64,000 nucleotides of DNA from positions 96,001 through 160,000 of IMG/VR virus record IMGVR_UViG_3300033146_004128; one strand, written 5' to 3'. Below are positions 40,766 to 50,269 of this stretch, in pieces (position 1 is the first letter of the stretch; every line of letters begins with the position of its first letter). The DNA comes from a virus. The notes below the pieces were generated by a model that saw nothing but the letters and a program-made list of their open reading frames with translations, did not search any database and was not told where the DNA came from. The position numbers were made by a program, and so were the translations under genes.

Positions 40766-42202
40766 TTATTGTGTTAATACGACTGATTTTGTCATGCCTA
40801 ATATAAATGCAAGCTCTATTGCCTGCTCTGCAACTGTCTCCGCTACTATGGTTGGATCCAGAGTTACAACTGAAGAGTCAGATCCTAGACTACCATTTAT
40901 AATTTTAGATAGCTCTTCTACCGCTCCATCTATGTTCGATCTGCATCCAGACCCCTGCCCCATATTTGTGTATGCATATGATGCACCTGGAACAACTCCA
41001 CCGCTTAGTGACAACTCAAGAGAGTTTATGCAGTCATCAGCCCTATCCTTTCGCTCCGTAACAGCATTTACTGTGTTCCCGCCAACTATAACTTTTATAA
41101 GCTTTTTCTTGAGTATTGACAATATTGTTTTAAACATATCCCTTTCCTCGTCAGATGAGACAGACCTCATTTTACCCATGTAGTAATCAGCAAGTCTATC
41201 AACATCGTCTTGATTTGACTTGTCCTCACCGGTTATCGTTATCGACTTTCTCTTTACTGATATTCTTGAGATTTTAGTCATCATCTCAGGTGTAACATCA
41301 CATATGTCTATTCCGCTAGACTCTCCAACAACTGTTCCATTTATGGCGGTAGAGATTGCCTCTATGGCAAGTGATGTGTTTATGGCACTACCACCATCTA
41401 TGGCAATAGGCAAAAGATTTATTGACACACCGTGATTTATCGATAGAGCTGACAGTGATGTCATCGCAAACTGAGGTGCAATAATGACTAGATTCTCAAC
41501 TCCTGCATTCACACAGGTGGTAATCAGTTCAACAATGTCATCCTCACCACTAACCTCAGATGTAGACAGTATCACATGCGCATCTTTCAAATCAGAAGTC
41601 CTGCTATCTTTATTGTCATAAAAAATTAAGTCTATGATATTACCAGTGAAGTTTATACCGTCAACAACATCAACTTTTGTAACACCTCTAACCTGTGGGT
41701 CTGCTATAACACCAGATATTCCACTCTCATCTGCTATTTTGAATGCAGATACTATCGCCTCTGCCAATATCTTATCACCGGCAGTTGAGGTCATTGCTAC
41801 AGTCATTGCTTCAGGAGAGTCTACGGTTATATCCCTACTGTTTTTCCTTATGTTGTTCTTAACTGTATCTATGATGTGATCTTTGTGCATGAAGTCTGCA
41901 CTGTTGAAATTAGCAAGTATCTTATTGGCCAGGACAACTGTGGTGGTGGTTCCGTCCCCTGCCTTAGATAGTGTGTTCAGAGAAGCTTCTTGTATCACAC
42001 TTATGATTGCCTGCTCTAGAGGCTCCGTAGATACAAGAGCCCTAATAACAGACACTCCATCTTTTGTTGCAAGAGACGTGTCTCCGTTGGATAGCACCAC
42101 AAATCCACCGTTTGGACCATACGTAGACTCAACAAGAGACGACACCTGTTCCATAACATTTCTCACAAAATCAGTTGAATTTGGACCGGTTGACTTTATC
42201 AT
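40766..42202 (-). CDS. groEL: GroEL-like chaperonin (divergent, shortened, 478 aa)
   Basis: STYGPNG, TKDGVSV, AGDGTTT, VGG...ERKDRADD (D398 equivalent), GGVVPG and LDP motifs. Confidence 0.92.
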   Translation of the reverse strand: MIKSTGPNSTDFVRNVMEQVSSLVESTYGPNGGFVVLSNGDTSLATKDGVSVIRALVSTEPLEQAIISVIQEASLNTLSKAGDGTTTTVVLANKILANFNSADFMHKDHIIDTVKNNIRKNSRDITVDSPEAMTVAMTSTAGDKILAEAIVSAFKIADESGISGVIADPQVRGVTKVDVVDGINFTGNIIDLIFYDNKDSRTSDLKDAHVILSTSEVSGEDDIVELITTCVNAGVENLVIIAPQFAMTSLSALSINHGVSINLLPIAIDGGSAINTSLAIEAISTAINGTVVGESSGIDICDVTPEMMTKISRISVKRKSITITGEDKSNQDDVDRLADYYMGKMRSVSSDEERDMFKTILSILKKKLIKVIVGGNTVNAVTERKDRADDCINSLELSLSGGVVPGASYAYTNMGQGSGCRSNIDGAVEELSKIINGSLGSDSSVVTLDPTIVAETVAEQAIELAFILGMTKSVVLTQ

Positions 42203-42453
42203 TTTAATACCCTCGCAATAATGTCATCTGTAGTTATGACTATGTAGTCTTTATTCTCGTATTCAAGCTCCGTACCTGCATATCTTGCAATAAGAAACTT
42301 GTCTCCTTCCTTTACCCCATCTACTCCACAACTAAGTATCTCCACAGTCAATGGCTTTTCCTTGTTGCTAGATGTTTTTACAACGCCGGCAGAGTTCTTA
42401 TTGTCAACTCCTATCCTGCGAGCAATTATATTGTCTCCGAAAGATTTTATCAT
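42199..42453 (-). CDS. groES: GroES co-chaperonin (84 aa)
   Basis: Start refined to ATG 42453 (AGGAGA RBS). GDNIIARR, mobile loop SAGVV, KEKP, VKEGD, YAGTE and DDII motifs; ATGA overlap with groEL. Confidence 0.92.
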   Translation of the reverse strand: MIKSFGDNIIARRIGVDNKNSAGVVKTSSNKEKPLTVEILSCGVDGVKEGDKFLIARYAGTELEYENKDYIVITTDDIIARVLK

Positions 42454-42533
42454 TATATCTCCTGATATTGTAGTATCAGTAGTATACCCTAGCAAAATTA
42501 GATAATACCTTAATCGTATATATATTATGTGCC

Positions 42534-45500
42534 TTACGTCTTCTTTATATCGGGACCAGGTTTATTTAAAGCATCTCTCACTGCTTCAGTTGCCACGGCA
42601 ATTCTCTCAAGAATTGACTGCGTATTGTCCTTTGACACACCCTTCTCTGTTCTACTTCGACTCATGACGCTTGTGTCCTTAGTTATCTTATTCATGGTTC
42701 TGTTTATATGAAAGTCTTCGCCGACAGGTGGAGTCACATTGAAGTCTGCGCTAGCCAGATGTTTTGGAATCCTTGCCTTGTCCGGACCATCAAGCGCCTT
42801 GCTGTCCACTCCTTTTTTGTTTTTTTCAGAAGTCTCAATGTCAGCATCTGGAGAGCCACCATCTCGTGGAGGAAGCCCAAAAGCAGCCCTGTAGTCTGCC
42901 TTTGCCTTTGTGCCATCTGGGTAATACCCCTCTGCATTCGCAAAAGCCTTAGTTCTTCCAGTCACTACTCCGAACCCATCATCCTTAGGCTCAGGCAACC
43001 CAAACGCTTCCCTATAGTTTCCCATTGCCTTTGTGCCATCTGGGTAATACCCCTCTGCATTCGCAAAAGCCTTAATTCTCCCAATCTCAACCCCAAAATG
43101 ATCACCTTTTTCTTTACTCATTTGTCCAGGACTTATAAATCTAGCTTGAGACTCAGCTGACCCTATAACCTCTTTGTCCCCAGTATTTATTTCATAATTA
43201 TCATTAGGATGATCCTTTATCCACTCTTTACTATCTATGGAGGGACCCATACTTGCCCTGAGGGCTTTTTTTGCCAAAGTCCTGATATCTTTATTATGTT
43301 CTACTTCAGTGTTCGATACATTTTTGTGTCCAGAACTACCTTCTCCTGACCCTATCCCATAACTATCAACTTCACTTCTTTTTGATTTTGATCTTCTTTG
43401 AATATACTTAGGTGTAAATTTCTCCCCTTTATATATTACTCTATCCTTGCTCTCGTATTTAGTCCCTCTAGGCTTAGCATTCTTCTTCGCAACATCAAGC
43501 TTATCGCTAGCAACTTTCATTTCTGCAGCCAATTCTGCAGTTCTTTTAGCATCTTCAGCTTTCCGTGCGCCAATACTAGTTCCAGACTCATCTATATCAT
43601 TCTTGTCACCAAGCATGGCCATCTTCAGCTTTCGTACATCCTTTCCTTTTCCATATCCTCCAGCTGTGTACGCATCTTTTTCCTCAGAATATCCACCATC
43701 TTTTTTATCATTATAGAACGATATCGACAATCTATCTTTTTTCGCTGTTACTTTGACTCCTCCTGCATATTGCCCTTGCAAATCTCTCTGTATAGACTCA
43801 CCAAATTTCTTTGCCTCTTTAGCATCCTTGAACTGAGCAATGGACATATCAAAGGCTTTGCCCTTTTTGTGTCTCTCCTCATTTTGCTCAGATCCTCCAG
43901 TGAGTAGCAGTGTCTTTCCTTTTTTGGAAAGAGCATTTTTAGTTCTCAATAGCATATCGCTAGTGTCATCTTTTAATCCATCTAGACTAGTTCCTCCAAA
44001 TGTAAGAACTGCACCCTTTCTAACACCTCCTACTTTACTCATATCCCTTCTTCCTGAAGGCATAGGGACATTATCTTTTGGGTCAGCCATGCCCATATTT
44101 TTTGGAGGCTTGGCTTGATGGTCAACGGATGTGTTTTTTACTGTCTGGGTTGGCTTTGATGCAGGAGTTGGTCTATCTTTATCATTATTCATGGTAGCCC
44201 ATTCATTCTTCTTGCTATTGCCTACATGATCAACCTCAACCTTCTTTCCTTTAGTGGTATGCCTGTCAGAAGTTTTTATTGCGTCCTTCTTATCAGTATC
44301 GCTAGCTACAGGTTCTGCTACTGGAGTCTTTTTGACTGTTGCCCTCTTTGGCGGCACAACTGGCTCATCAGAAGCATCCCTAGATACAGGAGTCATAGTT
44401 TTAGCAGAATCTTCTTTTATCTTCTGAGATAAGCTGTATACTTTATTCACAGATGCAGTAAAGTCAGTTTCGGCTATGCTTTTTGTGCTTGATCCCTTCC
44501 CCTTATCTGTATTCCTGACCAAATCTGCCATTTTTGAATTTATTTGATTCAATATGTTTTCTATAGGGTTCTGCCCCTTATTTACAGACCTGTCCTCTAT
44601 TGTTTTTGCTGTTATGCCAGATGATCCTCTGTCTGCGAATGACTGAGTAAGCAATTCTTCTCCAGTAACCCCTGCCTCCTTCTTCTTGTCCCCACCTGTT
44701 ATATTCTCCATGGCCCTAGACAGAACTCTTTCAGTCATGGTCATGTCTTCATATTTCTTTTCTCCAATAGCATCATACTTTTTACGTATCTCTGCGCCAG
44801 ACATTCTTGTCATCTTACCTTTTTCCCCAACGTGAAATAGTCCAGCAACACCCATTGCACTAGCCTGTTTCTCTGAAGAAAGCAGGTTCTCACCGAATAG
44901 ATGCCTATTTCTTGCATTTTCCAAGCCTATTGTCACTGCTCCTATAGTACTATTTTTGAAATCTTTCTCTGAAATATCTCCAAGTGCTTTTATTCCTGAT
45001 AGACTGTCTACCATTTTCTTCTGTTCGGTTGAAAGTTTTTCATACTCATCTTGAGTATCGTTCAGTATCCCTTGGTCTGCAAGCTTAGAATTACTCTTAC
45101 CATGTATATTCTTTGCTCTCTTCTTGGCAAGAGAGAATATTTTTGTTCTGTCTTCTTCTCCAAGCTGTGTCCATTTTACAGCAGCAACAGATGCGTCACC
45201 ATCCTTAAGTATATCTGCTGCTATATTTCCTTTTGTACCCTTCATGCTGTCTAGATACAGAGAACTTATATAGTCGGAGTCCATCGCATCACCTACAGCA
45301 AGATTGTCTGCATTTTTTGTAATAGTTCTACCAACAGCCTTAGACGTATCTTGGGCTTCCTGGTCATCCATATGAAGTGATCTCATAAGATTCTTATATG
45401 TAGGCTTTTCGTATGTCTTTGTCATATCTATACCAAGAGTCTCTACTTCTTGCTTTGTTGCATTTCCGTTATACCCTATGTTAAATGCAGCTGCGGCAGC

Positions 45501-48275
45501 TCTTATATCAACACCTGCATGCTTTAATGACTCGGCCTTGATGTGCGCCGCTTCAAAACTATCAACGGCTCCTTTGTGTGTACCCTTCCCATACAGTAGG
45601 GCATCCGAAAGGAATCCTTTTGCCTGAGATCCAAGTTTTGACAATTTAGGGTCGGAAGCTATAAATTTCTCTATTCCCTCTTTTTCACCATACTTAGAAG
45701 TACTTTCTTGCAATTTTCCATAGTCAATATCTTTTTCGGCATCTGCAGCTGATATGATAGCCTTCTGTGCTTTTGTTGCTGATTTTACCATTGTTGTCGT
45801 GTCTCGTATCACGTCCTCGCTTTTTGCATTTATTTTATCTCCCATTCCCCAAAAATCATAGAACTTATTCGCCATACCATCATGCTCTCCTCTTTCTGCG
45901 CTGGCAGCTTGATACATGGAGAATACTGCTGCCTCTCGTGTTGGTTTGAACTTCTTATTGTTTAGCGTTGCTCCTGCATCCTTGAAGTCATTATCCTTTA
46001 GTGTAGAGAAGAATAGGTCCATGTTTGACACAACCTCATCATTTCCAGCCTGTATCTTTTCTGAGAATGTTTCAAAGTCAATCTTGCCAGATCTGTAGTC
46101 CGCAAACGCATTTGTGTTTTTTGTCCTGGCATTACTCTCTGCTCTTTGCATATCGTTTGAGGACTTAGCCATAGCCGCAACCTCTTTATGATCAACAGTC
46201 GCAAAGCCAAACGCCCCGACAGCTTCCGTTAGCGCATCCCATCCAACTGCTTCAAATGCACCAAGCATTCCTTTCCCTATATCCTGTCTGTTTATTCCTG
46301 CACGTGTGCCTAGACTCTGGAGATTCTTTCTCTCGTCCTCATACTGAGTACTTAGCCCAGGTAGATAGTTCGTGAACGATGCCTCTCTGTTTCCAGTGCC
46401 AAGCATATCTTTGTACCCATCATCACTAGCAGAATCCATTTTAGCATTTACTTTTGCGAACTCAAGGCTATTGCCTGCTATTCCGGTAGCTGCCTTTTTC
46501 CCAGCCTCTGTAACGGTTCCTACACTTACTCCATTGGATGTTAGCTTCTTTACATCCTGTAGAAGACCCTCTATAAAACCTCCAAACACTTTTCTTACTG
46601 CGGTAAGTCCTGATTCCCACTGCTTCTCAAATGATCCTGAGTCAATAGCTGCACTACGCTGCTCTAGTTTTTTTGCCTTCTCGACAGATTTCATGACACT
46701 TTCATACCCACCGTTGCCTGCTGCACTAAATATAGCCCTTGTCTTACTTGACAAAGTCATTCCTGAAGCACGGACAAGGTTTCTATCTTGTGTCACTTTA
46801 GCCATATAGCCAATTTGTGTCTTTACTGCATCCCATGAGCCAGAATCGTGAAGTGCCCTAGAGTACCCCTCTGTCATCTTTTTCATTGCTGCAGGATCCT
46901 GCATTAGTATAGAAGCAGTTTCTGTTGTTGTAAGAGCACCGTTCTTGGAGTACGTATCTAATAGTTCTCCTAGGGTAAATTCCCCATTCTTGTGCCCTTT
47001 TTTTACTTTTTCAAATGATTTTTGTATTAGTGAGTCCTGATCTTCACTACTCATTTTCTCGAACGCTTTTCTTCCTCCTGCTGACGTGTATGCCTCCCCT
47101 ATAGCAAGAGCACCATACACATTCTCACTAGCAGCCATATTCTTACTGAATGCAAGTTGAGCCGTAGGACCAGATGCGAACGTATTATACGCCTTGTTTG
47201 CCTGGTCGATAGCTTGTATCTGCTCTTCGTTGTTACCTAGTTTTTTCTGAAGTTCAGGGTCAAGTTTTATCATATCCATCATTGTTGATTTAGACATAAC
47301 AGCATCAGCCTTAGATAGCACATTTATTGGATCGTTCGCTTCAGCTTCCTGAAGAAGGTTCCCCATTAGATTGCTGGCATCCATTCCGTACTTTCTTGCT
47401 GCACTGCCTACTGACCTTGACGCTTCCACAGCAGCTCCGTTTGACAGACCTGTTCCATTTAGTCTTCGAAGTGTATCCATTATCTCTGAGATGTCAGATC
47501 CTCCAAATATCTCAACAAGAGATTTTGCTACGCCTTTAAGGTCTTTTATCTTAGATGTTATGTCTCCGGTTCCTTGTGCTCCTGATATGTTTCCGGTCTT
47601 AATTCCCTCATCCATTATTCGTGTAATCTCCCCCACGCTGAAATATGGATCCTCCGTTGCGGACTCTTCCATAGATGAGTACACCTTCTTGCTGTCTGAT
47701 ATACTATATCCGAAGTCAGCACCATATGGACTATCAGTATTTGCAAGCCCCATAAGGCTTCTATGTGTCTCAAGTTGCCTACCAGCCCTTTGAGAATACA
47801 TTTCTCCTAAGCTTCCGCCTATGCCTCCTCCGGCCATACTACCCACCATACTACCAACGAGAGCACCAATACCAGGAATAGGTATCATCGCCTGCCCAAT
47901 CATTGCTCCAAGGGCAGACCCAGCAAATCCTCCGCCTATCTCCATTCCTGTTGATGCCATTGCGGCAGTAGACCCCTCTCTAAGGTTTGCCATATGGGCT
48001 TGGAATGTTGCTCCGTGTGCTCCTGCTGGTTTTGATAGTAGGTTTGTTCTTCCCATCATGAATGAAGATGTAAAAGGGTTGTCATACATTGGAGAATAAG
48101 GAGATGACCACGTACTAGACTGTCCACCCCCATACATATTCTGCATGTTGAAGTTGCTGGATGGATTCATGTACCCCTGTGGTCCACCAGACATCATGCC
48201 TGGATTAGCAGTAAATCCCTGCCAAGGGCTCATGTGCATATAGCCATTACTTTGTTGCATGTACGGATCTAGCAT
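42534..48275 (-). CDS. Tape measure protein (1913 aa) with a C-terminal extension
   Basis: Longest ORF; A/G/S/K/M-rich helical composition; N-proximal glycine-zipper (GGGFAGSALGAMIG...GALVGSMVGSMAGGGIGG); next to chaperone and baseplate genes. Confidence 0.75.
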   Translation of the reverse strand: MLDPYMQQSNGYMHMSPWQGFTANPGMMSGGPQGYMNPSSNFNMQNMYGGGQSSTWSSPYSPMYDNPFTSSFMMGRTNLLSKPAGAHGATFQAHMANLREGSTAAMASTGMEIGGGFAGSALGAMIGQAMIPIPGIGALVGSMVGSMAGGGIGGSLGEMYSQRAGRQLETHRSLMGLANTDSPYGADFGYSISDSKKVYSSMEESATEDPYFSVGEITRIMDEGIKTGNISGAQGTGDITSKIKDLKGVAKSLVEIFGGSDISEIMDTLRRLNGTGLSNGAAVEASRSVGSAARKYGMDASNLMGNLLQEAEANDPINVLSKADAVMSKSTMMDMIKLDPELQKKLGNNEEQIQAIDQANKAYNTFASGPTAQLAFSKNMAASENVYGALAIGEAYTSAGGRKAFEKMSSEDQDSLIQKSFEKVKKGHKNGEFTLGELLDTYSKNGALTTTETASILMQDPAAMKKMTEGYSRALHDSGSWDAVKTQIGYMAKVTQDRNLVRASGMTLSSKTRAIFSAAGNGGYESVMKSVEKAKKLEQRSAAIDSGSFEKQWESGLTAVRKVFGGFIEGLLQDVKKLTSNGVSVGTVTEAGKKAATGIAGNSLEFAKVNAKMDSASDDGYKDMLGTGNREASFTNYLPGLSTQYEDERKNLQSLGTRAGINRQDIGKGMLGAFEAVGWDALTEAVGAFGFATVDHKEVAAMAKSSNDMQRAESNARTKNTNAFADYRSGKIDFETFSEKIQAGNDEVVSNMDLFFSTLKDNDFKDAGATLNNKKFKPTREAAVFSMYQAASAERGEHDGMANKFYDFWGMGDKINAKSEDVIRDTTTMVKSATKAQKAIISAADAEKDIDYGKLQESTSKYGEKEGIEKFIASDPKLSKLGSQAKGFLSDALLYGKGTHKGAVDSFEAAHIKAESLKHAGVDIRAAAAAFNIGYNGNATKQEVETLGIDMTKTYEKPTYKNLMRSLHMDDQEAQDTSKAVGRTITKNADNLAVGDAMDSDYISSLYLDSMKGTKGNIAADILKDGDASVAAVKWTQLGEEDRTKIFSLAKKRAKNIHGKSNSKLADQGILNDTQDEYEKLSTEQKKMVDSLSGIKALGDISEKDFKNSTIGAVTIGLENARNRHLFGENLLSSEKQASAMGVAGLFHVGEKGKMTRMSGAEIRKKYDAIGEKKYEDMTMTERVLSRAMENITGGDKKKEAGVTGEELLTQSFADRGSSGITAKTIEDRSVNKGQNPIENILNQINSKMADLVRNTDKGKGSSTKSIAETDFTASVNKVYSLSQKIKEDSAKTMTPVSRDASDEPVVPPKRATVKKTPVAEPVASDTDKKDAIKTSDRHTTKGKKVEVDHVGNSKKNEWATMNNDKDRPTPASKPTQTVKNTSVDHQAKPPKNMGMADPKDNVPMPSGRRDMSKVGGVRKGAVLTFGGTSLDGLKDDTSDMLLRTKNALSKKGKTLLLTGGSEQNEERHKKGKAFDMSIAQFKDAKEAKKFGESIQRDLQGQYAGGVKVTAKKDRLSISFYNDKKDGGYSEEKDAYTAGGYGKGKDVRKLKMAMLGDKNDIDESGTSIGARKAEDAKRTAELAAEMKVASDKLDVAKKNAKPRGTKYESKDRVIYKGEKFTPKYIQRRSKSKRSEVDSYGIGSGEGSSGHKNVSNTEVEHNKDIRTLAKKALRASMGPSIDSKEWIKDHPNDNYEINTGDKEVIGSAESQARFISPGQMSKEKGDHFGVEIGRIKAFANAEGYYPDGTKAMGNYREAFGLPEPKDDGFGVVTGRTKAFANAEGYYPDGTKAKADYRAAFGLPPRDGGSPDADIETSEKNKKGVDSKALDGPDKARIPKHLASADFNVTPPVGEDFHINRTMNKITKDTSVMSRSRTEKGVSKDNTQSILERIAVATEAVRDALNKPGPDIKKT
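42902..43074. repeat. Perfect 50-bp direct repeat within the TMP 3' region (42902-42951 and 43025-43074)
   Basis: ttgcctttgtgccatctgggtaatacccctctgcattcgcaaaagcctta occurs twice, 123 nt apart; it encodes KAFANAEGYYPDGTKA twice. Confidence 0.95.
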
Positions 48276-48283
48276 AATGTTTC

Positions 48284-49006
48284 CTATTCTATTATATTTA
48301 TAATCTTATTAGAGTCAAAAGTAAAAGCTTTTCTTAAGTATGAGTATTCTTTTCTTATTGATACTTTTATATATGGAGGTTCAAGGTCTAAATCAACTGC
48401 CTTATCCACAAAACTGTCAGCAGGTATAATGTCGTCCACAGCAAGAGTAACCGCATCAGGAAAATTCAATATGTAGCTTCCTGCAGATGTAGTCATTTCC
48501 CCTGTAGATTTATCAAGTGAGTTTATAGTCTCTTCCTCTGCAAAATATGTTGCCCCAAATCTTGTATTGTACAAGAACTCAAGTCTAGAGTAGAACTGCT
48601 TTGAGAACATCTTTCCATCAGTCTTTGCGCTTCCCGTAATTGTCTTATTGAACAGGACAGGTTCAAGAATGAAATGTATGAACACTATCTTTCCTTTGTG
48701 TTGATATACCGGATCAGTATTTGAAAATGGTCCAGTTATATCAACATTCTCCCATCCAGCACCAACATTTATCTGTGTTATCCTTGTATCTATTTTAGAA
48801 CCTAGTCCATCTCTAAACTCACATGTACTATCATCTATATCATGTATCATGCACGGGAGAGTCATTGTACCACCCTTACACGATACTATATTATCCGTAA
48901 CAAAAGCCTCGTGTGACCTAAGTCTTCCGCTAGCTGCAATTATATACTCATCTTCAGATAAGGCTTTATACTCGTACGGGAATAAGCAGTTATATGACTG
49001 TAACAT
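48284..49006 (-). CDS. Probable baseplate component (240 aa)
   Basis: Overlaps the upstream stop; lies between a gpJ-like gene and the TMP. Assignment mainly positional. Confidence 0.4.
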   Translation of the reverse strand: MLQSYNCLFPYEYKALSEDEYIIAASGRLRSHEAFVTDNIVSCKGGTMTLPCMIHDIDDSTCEFRDGLGSKIDTRITQINVGAGWENVDITGPFSNTDPVYQHKGKIVFIHFILEPVLFNKTITGSAKTDGKMFSKQFYSRLEFLYNTRFGATYFAEEETINSLDKSTGEMTTSAGSYILNFPDAVTLAVDDIIPADSFVDKAVDLDLEPPYIKVSIRKEYSYLRKAFTFDSNKIINIIE

Positions 49007-50240
49007 CGCCGGTCTCCAAGTCTTCTATTTGTGATAGGCGTATACATGTATTATCTATGTCTACCCACGAGAATATGGATCTTGGGCTAACTGCTAGATT
49101 GTTGTTGTATATTTTTATTCTTTTTTTAATAAGTGGGTTTATCCATAGTACGGCATCTATCCCAACTATAGAATTCCCACTCTTCTGAAGTATTCTTGAT
49201 AGTTCTGATATTTTTGATGTCCATTTGCCACCATCCATAGGGGTCTTAAGAAATGATATAACTTTAGCAATAGAGTTTTTGTTTTGTAATTGTATATCTA
49301 TATCTATAGGAAGAAGCCCAAAGAATTCAATATCGTATTCAGGGTTGTCTGACTTAAGCTCGTTCTCCTTGGTTGGATCATCGTTGTAGTATTCAGTCTT
49401 CATGGTGGCAGAGATTGGACCAGTGTACTCTATCTCTATGGATCTAGTAGCGAAACCTACATATCCTCCATCCATTGATGTACACTTTACCTGTCCTCTT
49501 ACACTTTCAGGTATGTCTATGGTTTTCCATTTTCTTGCAGGAAGAACTTTCGTTTTTGTCTCGCCATCAAGAGCTGTTAGTGGCTCTCCGCTTGCTGTGA
49601 TGTCTGTCTTTAAATATACATCGATAAAGTTAGTTACTCTTCCTGAATTTGAAATTATTTTATACTTCTCTATATCGGCCATTGTTATTGGCTGATTCAT
49701 TATGTCTACAACCTCTATAGTCGAAGATAAATTCTCATACATCATTGCGGCACCAAATTTGTTACCTGTAAAGTACATTAAGTCTGGAGAGTTTCTAAAC
49801 ATAGTCCAAAACACCCCAGTTGCTCCGTCTATTGCATAAGGGTATTTATTAACTATATTCATCATGTCAGAGTGTATTCGTGTGTCAGATACCGTCAGCC
49901 GGTTCTCTATAGCAGAAACTATATCATTCGATGTCATGTTTGTAGTATCTATGCCTATATCAGTAGCAAAAGATGAGAAGTACGCATCCTTTTTTGTTGG
50001 AGAAATCAAGTCATCTGAAAATATGTCGGACAAAGAGAGTGTTGATCTCTGTTCATACATAGTATAGTAGTTTAGTAGTGTTGCATAAAATATAGGTTGA
50101 ACAAAGAAGGTGTCTATTAAGTGTTGATTGATTGTGTAGTCATCAAGAGTAAATCTCTCCTGAACAAATGTATCCACTTCGTTTCTTATTGCTCCTAACA
50201 TCTCAGGAGTGAAGCGTGATTTTATTAGTTCTATATTCAT
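48990..50240 (-). CDS. Probable baseplate wedge (gpJ-like) protein, divergent
   Basis: 416 aa; helical N-terminus (LIDTFFVQP); GRVTNFIDVYLK resembles the G-x-V-D-[IV]-Y motif of gpJ; position near the TMP. Confidence 0.4.
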   Translation of the reverse strand: MNIELIKSRFTPEMLGAIRNEVDTFVQERFTLDDYTINQHLIDTFFVQPIFYATLLNYYTMYEQRSTLSLSDIFSDDLISPTKKDAYFSSFATDIGIDTTNMTSNDIVSAIENRLTVSDTRIHSDMMNIVNKYPYAIDGATGVFWTMFRNSPDLMYFTGNKFGAAMMYENLSSTIEVVDIMNQPITMADIEKYKIISNSGRVTNFIDVYLKTDITASGEPLTALDGETKTKVLPARKWKTIDIPESVRGQVKCTSMDGGYVGFATRSIEIEYTGPISATMKTEYYNDDPTKENELKSDNPEYDIEFFGLLPIDIDIQLQNKNSIAKVISFLKTPMDGGKWTSKISELSRILQKSGNSIVGIDAVLWINPLIKKRIKIYNNNLAVSPRSIFSWVDIDNTCIRLSQIEDLETGDVTVI

Positions 50241-50269
50241 AGTGTATGCCTTTCAAGAAAAACACAACA

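Noticed and set aside
42459-42478. CTGATA/TATCAG hairpin before the groES RBS as an RNA thermometer
   Set aside because: It is only a 6-bp AT-rich stem that covers just the first bases of AGGAG; too weak to claim.
42481-42509. TATACT as a promoter upstream of groES
   Set aside because: There is no -35 match (GGTATT) and no extended -10 TG; an AT-rich chance match is likely.
42902-43074. 50-bp repeat as a DGR template/variable pair or mini-CRISPR
   Set aside because: The copies are identical (no adenine-specific mismatches), in-frame within one gene, only two in number, and no reverse transcriptase or cas gene is present.
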